Below are positions 28,818 to 37,700 of a DNA stretch of 64,000 nucleotides, in pieces (within the stretch, counting starts at the first letter, position 1; the number at the start of each line of letters is the position of its first letter). The DNA comes from an uncultured virus (IMG/VR IMGVR_UViG_3300032167_006623) (lineage: Duplodnaviria > Heunggongvirae > Uroviricota > Caudoviricetes). The translations under genes were made by a program, and so were the position numbers. The stretch lies in IMG/VR virus record IMGVR_UViG_3300032167_006623; one strand, 5' to 3'. The notes under the pieces are model-generated. The model searched no databases. It was not told the origin of the DNA and was given only the letters and a program-made list of their open reading frames with translations.

Positions 28818-29045
28818 ATGAATGGTGATTACATGTTGATTTCCACCGATGGCTATTCTATCTCAACAGAAACCTACAGCTCAAAAGCTGAAGCAATTAC
28901 GGCAATGACAGCTGATTATAACAGCAAAAATCATGACATCATCGATGAAGAACTCTACGAACAGTCATATATTGATGATGTATCAGGTGAAGCTACGCTT
29001 TATACAGGTGAAAATGTATTCGTATGGAAAACAGTAAGGATATGA
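28818..29045 (+). CDS. Hypothetical protein
   Basis: RBS GAAAGGAG. Confidence 0.7.
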   Translation: MNGDYMLISTDGYSISTETYSSKAEAITAMTADYNSKNHDIIDEELYEQSYIDDVSGEATLYTGENVFVWKTVRI

Positions 29046-29048
29046 GGA

Positions 29049-29225
29049 ATGAAACCTAATTTTAATCAAAAAGAACCCATAATTATGGTCGTGAAGGTCA
29101 CAGCTGCTTGTTCTGAATGCCATAAACGCGAAGTCTTTTATGTTGATGAAAAGAAATCTCGGAATGACATTGCGTACATATGCAAACATTGCGGAAACAC
29201 AACGTTCAATGTTGTTTTTCAATAA
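29049..29225 (+). CDS. 58-aa zinc-ribbon microprotein (not in ORF track)
   Basis: MKPNFNQKEPIIMVVKVTAACSECHK...YICKHCGNTTFNVVFQ; fills the gap between neighbours. Confidence 0.6.
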   Translation: MKPNFNQKEPIIMVVKVTAACSECHKREVFYVDEKKSRNDIAYICKHCGNTTFNVVFQ

Positions 29226-29243
29226 ATGAAAGGATGATATGCT

Positions 29244-30083
29244 ATGAAAAAAATCTTAGCGGCAATTCTTGCTGCAACTCTTGTGTTCTCTTTATCAGGC
29301 TGTCGTGCTGTATTCACAACTCTTGATAATGTAGAGTTTGAAGAATTTTACGATGACAATCTGGCTGAGCACGTCGATATTATCTCATCTCAGATAAATG
29401 ATTTCGACCCCGAAGAATTCAGAGATAAATATTACAATGACGATGATGACTATTCAAATGAAGCATCTTCTGAAACATCCGATACCAAATCTCAGTCAAC
29501 ATATGTAAATTCCGACAGCATTGACACACCTTGGATTATTCTCAATGATGGTATGCCTGACTTCACAGATGATGAACTGTCAATAACTTCTCTTGAGGAA
29601 TACTCCCCTCTTGACGAACTCGGTCGCTGCGGAACAGCAATGGCTGTTATTACACCCGATACAATGCCTGTTGAAGAACGAGGCAATATCGGAATGATTA
29701 AGCCTACAGGCTGGCATACAGTCAAATATGACTGTGTAGACGGCAAGTATCTTTATAATCGCTGTCATTTAATTGGTTATCAGCTTGCGGGTGAAAATGC
29801 AAATGAATTAAATCTTATCACAGGCACTCGCTATCTTAATATCGAAGGTATGCTCGATTTTGAAAATGATATCGCCGATTATGTTGAAGAAACAGGAAAC
29901 AGTGTTCTCTATCGCGTAACACCTGTATATGACGGTGATAATCTCCTTTGTGACGGTGTTCAGATGGAAGCATATTCTATTGAAGATAACGGCACGGGAA
30001 TTTGCTTCAATATTTTTGCTTATAATATTCAGCCCGGCGTAGAAATCAATTACGCTACAGGCGAAAGCCGCCTTGCTGAATAA
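29244..30083 (+). CDS. Lipoprotein DNA/RNA non-specific endonuclease (EndA-like)
   Basis: Lipobox LSGC; LDELGRC, PTGW, NRCHLIGYQL, NLITGTRYLN, YRVTP. Confidence 0.88.
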   Translation: MKKILAAILAATLVFSLSGCRAVFTTLDNVEFEEFYDDNLAEHVDIISSQINDFDPEEFRDKYYNDDDDYSNEASSETSDTKSQSTYVNSDSIDTPWIILNDGMPDFTDDELSITSLEEYSPLDELGRCGTAMAVITPDTMPVEERGNIGMIKPTGWHTVKYDCVDGKYLYNRCHLIGYQLAGENANELNLITGTRYLNIEGMLDFENDIADYVEETGNSVLYRVTPVYDGDNLLCDGVQMEAYSIEDNGTGICFNIFAYNIQPGVEINYATGESRLAE

Positions 30084-30095
30084 GAAAGGACTGTT

Positions 30096-30431
30096 ATGGA
30101 CAGATATTTCTACATTCTTGAATTGCTCGACGGAGAAAAACATATTCATGTCGAAGGCAATCTTTACCCGTCAGATAATGGCGAAAACACTTTTGAGATG
30201 GCTGAATGGTCAGGCTGCTATATTCCTCTCGCTGAAGCTCAGGAAATGATGAAAAATGATACATTTTTCTCAACAATTGATGAGCTTGTCAAGTATCAGG
30301 ATACTATTTCAACAGAAAAAGCTGATGAAATCCGTAAAACATATTTCAACAGCAAACCGGGGGTATCTCTTGATATTTTGAGTATAACAGATAATACGCC
30401 CTGCGGCGACTATTATTTTGACAGATATTAA
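30096..30431 (+). CDS. Hypothetical protein
   Basis: RBS GAAAGGA. Confidence 0.75.
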   Translation: MDRYFYILELLDGEKHIHVEGNLYPSDNGENTFEMAEWSGCYIPLAEAQEMMKNDTFFSTIDELVKYQDTISTEKADEIRKTYFNSKPGVSLDILSITDNTPCGDYYFDRY

Positions 30432-30434
30432 GAG

Positions 30435-30707
30435 TTGATGCATATGTCACAAATAATATCATCAATTGAGAGCATCAGAGGTGGACATCTCTGGAATTTA
30501 TATCTGACCGAGCAACAAGAAAATATATTGGAATATATATCTTTAAAATATTATGATTCTGATATTTATCCATTTCGTGTTGATTACAATAATGTAAGCT
30601 TGTACATGATTAACTGTATAAAAGCATTTTATGATGATGGTTTATCTCTTTATGATGCTTGTCGATACATTCTGGGTACAAATCGTAAAATTTATGAAAG
30701 GACGTAA
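30435..30707 (+). CDS. Hypothetical protein
   Basis: Fills the operon gap; weak RBS. Confidence 0.5.
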   Translation: MMHMSQIISSIESIRGGHLWNLYLTEQQENILEYISLKYYDSDIYPFRVDYNNVSLYMINCIKAFYDDGLSLYDACRYILGTNRKIYERT

Positions 30708-30712
30708 TTTTT

Positions 30713-30973
30713 ATGCTTGATAATAAATTCATCACTCAGCAGGCTGTACAATTTCATCGCAGTGATGACTGTTACATCCATACTGAAAAGAAAGACGGTG
30801 GCAAATATGAAACCTGTATTGCCGGCGGAACAAGAGCTATTACACTTGGTATAATTAAAATCATTGAAAGACTTGCTGAATTTTCAGGCAGACGCTTCGA
30901 TGATATTCTTGATGAAATCAAACTTATCAAGGGTCTCACTTCTCCTATACCCATGGATGAAGACTCAGAATAA
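30713..30973 (+). CDS. Hypothetical protein
   Basis: RBS GAAAGGA. Confidence 0.7.
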   Translation: MLDNKFITQQAVQFHRSDDCYIHTEKKDGGKYETCIAGGTRAITLGIIKIIERLAEFSGRRFDDILDEIKLIKGLTSPIPMDEDSE

Positions 30974-30996
30974 CATTTGAGAAAGGAGTCATCAAT

Positions 30997-31260
30997 ATGA
31001 CATTACCTGAAGCCAAAGAATTGTTCAACAATAATGCTGTATCTGTCATTGATACGGACGCAATGACTCTTATAAACGAAGCCATTGATTCACGAATCGA
31101 TACACAGCCTTATTACAGACGAGAAGAGGACGATAAAGGATGGGCTTGTCCTCGCTGTGACATGGGTGTCACTGTTGACCACGGTCGTATAAGAGAACAA
31201 TACTGCAGTAGTTGTGGTCAGAAACTTGACTGGACAAACATCCCTTCTAATATAATTTAA
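30997..31260 (+). CDS. Phage-type zinc-ribbon protein
   Basis: CPRC ... YCSSCGQKLDW. Confidence 0.8.
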   Translation: MTLPEAKELFNNNAVSVIDTDAMTLINEAIDSRIDTQPYYRREEDDKGWACPRCDMGVTVDHGRIREQYCSSCGQKLDWTNIPSNII

Positions 31261-31266
31261 AGAAAG

Positions 31267-31653
31267 GTGATTATTATGGCAAAAAGACGACGTTCCCCGT
31301 CTAAAACAACATCCAAATCAACATCGAACAGACTCCCGCCGTCTGTTCCAAAGTGCGTAAGAAAATGTGCTGACGGTTATACTACCGAATTTTTAACACA
31401 GTCAAATAATCTCGACACTGCTGTTAAATTCATTTTTAAGAAAACAAAATCAGGCTATAAACCATCTGTGAGAACACCTGATACATATCACGTGTTGAAG
31501 GTAACATCAAATTCATCTGAACAGATTGATATGAGCTCTGATATTCGTATAGCTCCTCAGACTCGTCAGTTGTTTTCAAATCTCACAACTCTTAGTGCAG
31601 CCATTACGGCTACCGAAACATGGCTTGGCCATAAGCTGCCTGATATCAGATAA
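31267..31653 (+). CDS. Hypothetical basic protein
   Basis: RBS GAAAGGTG; likely start at MAKRRR. Confidence 0.7.
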   Translation: MIIMAKRRRSPSKTTSKSTSNRLPPSVPKCVRKCADGYTTEFLTQSNNLDTAVKFIFKKTKSGYKPSVRTPDTYHVLKVTSNSSEQIDMSSDIRIAPQTRQLFSNLTTLSAAITATETWLGHKLPDIR

Positions 31654-31676
31654 AGAAAGGCTCCCCTATTAAACCC

Positions 31677-32081
31677 ATGAAAATATTCAATAACAATAAA
31701 TATCCCCGCAGAGGTGAAGTTTATTATGTCAAAAAAGGCAACACGACATCCACGGGCTCAGAAACATGGTCGAACAGACATGCTGTGATTGTATCAGCCA
31801 ATCATACGAACAAAACAAGTAATGTTGTCCAGATTGTATATATCACAACACAGCCTAAATCAAAAGCATTGACTCACGTTGATATATCGACCAATCACAC
31901 GCATCGCATTGCATTATGCGAACAGATAGTTCCTATTGACAAAAGCCGTATCGTTGAATACAAAGGCAAGCTGTCTGAAGAACAGATGGTTCAGATTGAC
32001 AAAGGTATGGCTTGGAATCTGAATCTCTTCCGTTACATGAATTTCAAGCATGTTGACAGACGTTTTAATCGTATGGTATAA
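31677..32081 (+). CDS. PemK/MazF-family toxin
   Basis: RRGEVYYV, GSE...R.AVIVS, ITT, ALCEQI..IDKSR, M.QID. Confidence 0.85.
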   Translation: MKIFNNNKYPRRGEVYYVKKGNTTSTGSETWSNRHAVIVSANHTNKTSNVVQIVYITTQPKSKALTHVDISTNHTHRIALCEQIVPIDKSRIVEYKGKLSEEQMVQIDKGMAWNLNLFRYMNFKHVDRRFNRMV

Positions 32082-32082
32082 T
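32053..32082 (+). promoter_or_regulatory. Promoter within the 3' end of the mazF-like gene
   Basis: TTGACA (32053), 18 bp, TATAAT (32077) with extended TG. Confidence 0.7.
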
Positions 32083-32087
32083 ATGCT

Positions 32088-32165
32088 TGTGAGTAAAATT
32101 TAAAAAAATTCATGACTCACACTCTCAACGGTCTGCTGAGTCTTACTCGGCTGACCGTTTTTTAT
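32088..32165 (+). ncRNA. Candidate short leader/antitoxin RNA ending in a terminator
   Basis: TGTGAGT/ACTCACA stem with an A-rich loop, then an AACGGTC..GACCGTT stem and T run. Located between the promoter and the ToxN-like genes. Confidence 0.45.
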
Positions 32166-32252
32166 TTCTGACTTAAAAGTCAGACGGATTATTATCAAAT
32201 TGGTCTATAATTTGATAATACTGTATTTTAAACGATAGAAAGGAACTTTAAC

Positions 32253-32711
32253 ATGAAAATGATTACCAACGTGGAAAACAGCACCGTATCTTTTGGCTTA
32301 TATCGCATTGACAAAGAATATCTCAGTCGAATGTCAAATCCCGACACAATCAAGGAAACAGGTGTCCGTTGTTATCCTGACTATGACTTGTACTGCGGAC
32401 CTGTAATGCAGACTGAAGATGAAGAAACAGGTGAAATCCTCAACTATTTCATCCCTATCAATGAACCCGATATCGAAAACGAATCTACTTTGAAGGGTGA
32501 AAACTGGGTATCACAGCTTGAATCTTCCATTGATGGTCTTTGTGGCGGATACGATTTCTGCACTCTTTTTCCTTGCCTCGATAAATATCTCACACCTGCA
32601 AACGATGTTTCTGAGGAAGATAAGACCAAATATGAATTTGTTCTTGCACATAAGGATGACCTCAGATTTTTAATTGAAGACATTCTTCCTGCTATTGCAG
32701 ACGACAATTAA
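32253..32711 (+). CDS. Divergent ToxN/AbiQ-like protein
   Basis: FGLYRIDKEYL, YCGPV, NYFIPI, DF..LFP; aligns with the downstream paralog. Confidence 0.6.
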   Translation: MKMITNVENSTVSFGLYRIDKEYLSRMSNPDTIKETGVRCYPDYDLYCGPVMQTEDEETGEILNYFIPINEPDIENESTLKGENWVSQLESSIDGLCGGYDFCTLFPCLDKYLTPANDVSEEDKTKYEFVLAHKDDLRFLIEDILPAIADDN

Positions 32712-32746
32712 ACCATCACCACTATGACGCAAAGGAGTGTATCATC

Positions 32747-33400
32747 ATGGCAACAATTGTACCTTTCGGCTTATATGATGTTGACAGATATTACCTTGAT
32801 GAATTGCGTAAGGCTGACCCTCATGTTCCCAAATCTGATTACGAAGATGATGGTCAGCACCGCAAGTTTTACTGTGGTCCTGTTTATAATGATAAAGGTA
32901 TCAATTATTTTGTGCCCATTTCATCCAAGATAAAAAAACAGGATTATCTTGAACCATATGTGAGAATCATGAAAAATCCCGAAAACAAAAAAGAAATTGG
33001 ATGTCTCGATTTTCGTTATATGGTACCCGTCCCGTCAAAATATATTGCACCTCATGAAGATATGGATGCTGAAAAGCGCAATTCCAACGGTGAATTGTCA
33101 CATACAGCTATTTATGCAAGAATTTGCAATAATGCCAAAGCTCGTAAAAAAATTCATGAAACAGCCAAAGCTGCTTTTAATGATATAAGTGACAACAAAC
33201 CTATTGCAAAATCAAGCATAGCTTTCGGTAAAATGCAAAGAGTTGTAAGACAGGTTGACAGAGATATAACTCAAGGTAAAAGCTCATATAAACCTGACCC
33301 ATTCGTAACTGATTTACGAACTCGCTTTCAAAATACTATCGAAGGCTGGTCCACACCTGCTGTTTCAACACCACCTGATATCACTCCTGAAATAAAATAA
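32747..33400 (+). CDS. Type III TA ToxN/AbiQ-family endoribonuclease with C-terminal extension
   Basis: LYDVDRYYLDELRKADPHVP, RKFYCGPV, NYFVPISSK, GCLDFRYMVPVP. Confidence 0.8.
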   Translation: MATIVPFGLYDVDRYYLDELRKADPHVPKSDYEDDGQHRKFYCGPVYNDKGINYFVPISSKIKKQDYLEPYVRIMKNPENKKEIGCLDFRYMVPVPSKYIAPHEDMDAEKRNSNGELSHTAIYARICNNAKARKKIHETAKAAFNDISDNKPIAKSSIAFGKMQRVVRQVDRDITQGKSSYKPDPFVTDLRTRFQNTIEGWSTPAVSTPPDITPEIK

Positions 33401-33415
33401 CAATGAAAGGAAAAT

Positions 33416-33853
33416 TTGATGTACATAGTAATCGAATTACCAAGACACGGTGTTATGAAAATAACACAGTGTAAAAACACCAAGGCTGTCAGTGAAACTA
33501 TTGCTGTTGTTGAGGCTGATGAGTCAGAGTCTCTTTATCAACTGACACACAATGAGGATATTGAGTTATATACAACTAAATCAGGCGATACTACATTCAT
33601 TGTCTTTGAAAAAGATGCTATTGAGCTTAATACTCTTGTTCCAAACGGCAGACTGCAGACAAATACCTGCGGTGATGATGACTATCCCGGTGTGGATATC
33701 GAATACATTCCTGATAATGAATCCGAATACCCTGACGTCCTCACAAGACCTCGTGTTCGTATCGAAAAGCCTGTTGATTCCAAAATTCTTGCAGCTATGT
33801 TATGGACTGACAAGAATGACGAAGACTATACTCATAAACATACTTTTGCTTAA
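33416..33853 (+). CDS. Hypothetical protein
   Basis: RBS GAAAGGA. Confidence 0.7.
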   Translation: MMYIVIELPRHGVMKITQCKNTKAVSETIAVVEADESESLYQLTHNEDIELYTTKSGDTTFIVFEKDAIELNTLVPNGRLQTNTCGDDDYPGVDIEYIPDNESEYPDVLTRPRVRIEKPVDSKILAAMLWTDKNDEDYTHKHTFA

Positions 33854-33872
33854 TACATAAGGAGATATTACA

Positions 33873-34121
33873 ATGCTCGTTTTTAAATCAAAAAATAACA
33901 CTTCTCGTATTTTTTCAAAAGAAAAGATAAATCATATTGAAATGGGTGTATCGCCTCTTTGCAATACGGTTATTCAGTTTGAAATTCACACACCATCCGG
34001 CAAATTTGCATTTTCATATGAATATGCCGATGCCAAGACTGCTGCCGCAAAATATGAAGACTTCATATTGAATATTCAGTCAATTGACCATTGCAATCAC
34101 GCAATTGTTATAGAAGAATAA
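33873..34121 (+). CDS. Hypothetical protein
   Basis: RBS AAGGAG. Confidence 0.7.
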   Translation: MLVFKSKNNTSRIFSKEKINHIEMGVSPLCNTVIQFEIHTPSGKFAFSYEYADAKTAAAKYEDFILNIQSIDHCNHAIVIEE

Positions 34122-34198
34122 ACCGACAATTTAATTCTCGATATTGATTGACATGTGTCATGACATATAATATTACATTTCGAAAGGACAATTATTCT

Positions 34199-34684
34199 AT
34201 GGTTAATCTTGTACACGTTTCTAAGACAACAGGTATCGAATGCACTGCACTTATGACTCTCAATGACGCACATGCGTATGCTCGTGATTTTTTACTGGGA
34301 AAAAAGCATGATGTCAATATCTCATCATACGAAGCATATGATATCGTGTCCACATCTGCGTTCCTTATGGGCAATGATTTCTTCATCATTGATAAGACAG
34401 GCACAAACATCAACATCGAAGCACCTATGAGCAACATCGACAGCAATATTCATCTGGAAATCACACCTATCGATGCCTATAATGCTGCTATCGAGGGTGA
34501 AATCATAACATCCGAATGCGTAGATGATAAGCCTGCGGCAATCGGCTTTTCTATCGGGGCTGCTTCTACGGATGAAACCGTTGAAATCGAAGTTATCAAT
34601 CTGTCAAATGAAAACAATCTTGTGCCTCTCTTTACCAAGACAATCAATATTCGTGAAACTGCGGCTGTCGAAAAAGACCAGTAA
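34199..34684 (+). CDS. Hypothetical protein
   Basis: RBS GAAAGGA; possible promoter TTGATT-16-TATAAT at 34144-34171 containing the palindrome TGTCATGACA. Confidence 0.7.
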   Translation: MVNLVHVSKTTGIECTALMTLNDAHAYARDFLLGKKHDVNISSYEAYDIVSTSAFLMGNDFFIIDKTGTNINIEAPMSNIDSNIHLEITPIDAYNAAIEGEIITSECVDDKPAAIGFSIGAASTDETVEIEVINLSNENNLVPLFTKTINIRETAAVEKDQ

Positions 34685-34761
34685 CTACAAATCCATTGTG
34701 AATCATACAGCTTGTTTTAAGAACAAGCTGTATGACTCTATATTTCAGAAAGGACGGGCTT

Positions 34762-37700
34762 ATGCTTAAAATTTTACATACAGCAGACTGGCATATAGGT
34801 AACTTCCCTGCCCCTGCTTCAAAATCTCGTACAAACCTGCGATATCTTGATATATGCTCATATATTGAGTTTTTAATATCCAAAGCTGAAGAAATGAAGC
34901 CTGATATTATAATCATTGCCGGTGATATTTTCAATCAGGCAAAAACTTGGTCAGACCGAGGTCTTCAGGAAACAAATACAATTGTTGAATACATTTCACA
35001 GCTTGCTGATATTGCACCTGTTTATGCTCTCAGAGGCACAGCCAATCACGACGGCAAAATGCATTATGACTTACTGACAACAGCTCTCAAGAACAATAAC
35101 AATGTTACTATTGTTGATGAAGCATGCATTAAAAATGCAGACAATAAAGCTGTTATTGCCTTTGTCCCCATTTTCGACAGAAATAAACATAGAATGGAAG
35201 CTGATGTTCCTATGGACAAAGAGGCCGAAAACAATTATTTCTGCGATAAGGTCAGGGATGCAATCCTTGACCTGAAGATGGAAGCCGATAAATACTGCCC
35301 CAATCTTCCGACCATCCTCGTGACCCATTACACAGTGCTCGGTTCAATGATGCCTAACGGACAGACAAGCATTTTTGCAACAAATGAGATTGTCATTGAC
35401 CCGATTACACTTATTCAGAGTGACTACACACTCACCTGTCTTGGACATGTACATAAGCCTCAGCAGCTTGAAGCCTGCCCCAATACCTTTTACGCAGGTT
35501 CGCTTTGTGCCTTGAATTTCAATGATGAAAATGACCTTCATGGTTTTTATATGCATTACATTGATACAAATGGTGATGTTGCTTCGGAGTTCATTGAAAC
35601 TCCATCAAGACAGTTCCACACCATATGGTTCAATGACGCTCAGCTTAACGACATTATTGCAAAGGACTATGACCTTACAGATTATGTCGATGATTCCCTC
35701 GCAGGCTCTATCATCAGAGCCATATATAACTGTACGGATGTTACGGATAAGTCTCTGAACAAGGCACTTTTTGAAAAAGCCTTGTATAAGCACACCAATG
35801 CATTCTATGTACAGGAGATTATTTCTTCTGAAATAAATATCACTGTTGATAAAACAACTATGCGTAATACAGCAAGTATTGATGATAATCTGCGTCAATT
35901 TCTTACCAATGAACAGATTGACCACGGTACTATTACTGATAAGCAGATTTCTGATTGCATTGACATCGCACAGCCCATCATAGATAATCTGCTTGCCGAT
36001 GCGTCATCCAATTACAATATCGGTGTTTTCACACCTATTGAAATTGAAGTCAAGAACTATCGTAATTACAAATCCGCTGTTTTCAACTATAATGATGTTC
36101 GTTTCTGCGTTATCAACGGCGATAACGGTGCAGGTAAATCAAGCTTATTCATGGACGCCATGCTTGATGCATTATTTGAAGAAACCCGCGAAGGCGATAT
36201 TACAGGCTGGATAAACAACGACATTAACGCTCGCAGCGGCAGTATCAAGTTTACATTCTCCATCGGCGATAACGTCTATAAAATCACCCGTACCCGCCAG
36301 AAATCAGGTAAAGCCACACTTAATCTGGCACAATTTGTTACTGATGAAAACAATAATCAATCTTGGGTTGATATGAGTGAAGACAAGCTTAAAGATACAC
36401 AGACTGTAATAAACAATCTTATAGGAATGAATGCTGTGACACTCAAATCCTGCGGATTAATCATGCAGGACGCCTACGGTTTATTCCTGCAGGCTGACAA
36501 GAATACTCGAATGGATATTCTGGGTGATATTCTTAATCTCAGCATCTATGACGAACTGCATGACGCAGTCTCTGAGCTGAATCGTGCATTTCAGGCTGAA
36601 CTCGTCCGCATAAACGACGAAGAAGCCAACATTCTCAACAATATCAAAAATGGTGAAGAGATTCAGGCAAATCTCAATACCGCTTATGCTGATAACTCAG
36701 CGTACGAGCGTGAACTCAAGGATTGTAACAATAATCTTGTTACATTGACTTTAACGCGTGAAAATCTTATGAAAGACATGGATTCCTTTAATCGTCTTAA
36801 TGATGATATTGCGACTTTGACAACAAAATCGCAGGCACTTCATGTATCTCTTGAAGAACAGAACACTATTCTTATCAATGCGTATAACGTAGTGTCAAAT
36901 GAAGATGCATATATTGAAAAGACAAAGCGTCACGCGGAGCTTGTACTTCAGGAAAAAGAAATGTCCGAAAAAAGAAGCAGAATTCAGGCATTAATGTCTG
37001 AAAAAATGAGAATTGACAACGAAATCGGCTCACTTAATACAGTAAATGCTGACGCTGACAGCAAAATTGCAATCATTGATAAAAAGCTTCGAGATATAGA
37101 GTTTGAGCTTGCTGCATCTGAAGACACAGAAGCCAAAGCTAAACTTTATGAACAGACTAAGGCTGAAATTGCTGATATCGAAAAGCGACTTGAGGAAATC
37201 AGAGCACTTGAATCTGCTTATACGGAAAAAGATGTTCTTATATCTGAAATCAATCATGATATGGCAAGTCTCAGAGTTGAGTATGATACAAAATTCAATG
37301 AAATTGAACGCAAGGCCAAGATTCTCAGTGAATCAGGTTGTCCCATTTCTGAAAAGGCTACTTGTAAATTCCTCGCTGATGCTCAGCAGGCTCTTGCGAG
37401 CAAACAGGGACTTACAGATGAATACAACAGCAAATTCTGTTCTTATATACAGAAGCTGGATATTTTGAAAAAGGAACTCGAAGAAATTGCAGCGAAGCTT
37501 GCTGTTCTCCGTGAAAATCTTCCTGATATCAACCTGAAAAAGCAGGAACTTGCTGTATATGAAGCTTGTGCATTTAAAATGGCAAGCATTCCTGAACTCA
37601 GAAATACACATGAAGCCTATAATCAGCAACTTGTTGAATTTAATCAGATTAAAATCAACAATATTAATAAAATCAGCGAATTAACTGCTCAGATGAATGA

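Noticed and set aside
32088..32250. Canonical ToxI/antiQ tandem repeat array
   Set aside because: No direct repeats of about 35 nt were found, only inverted repeats.
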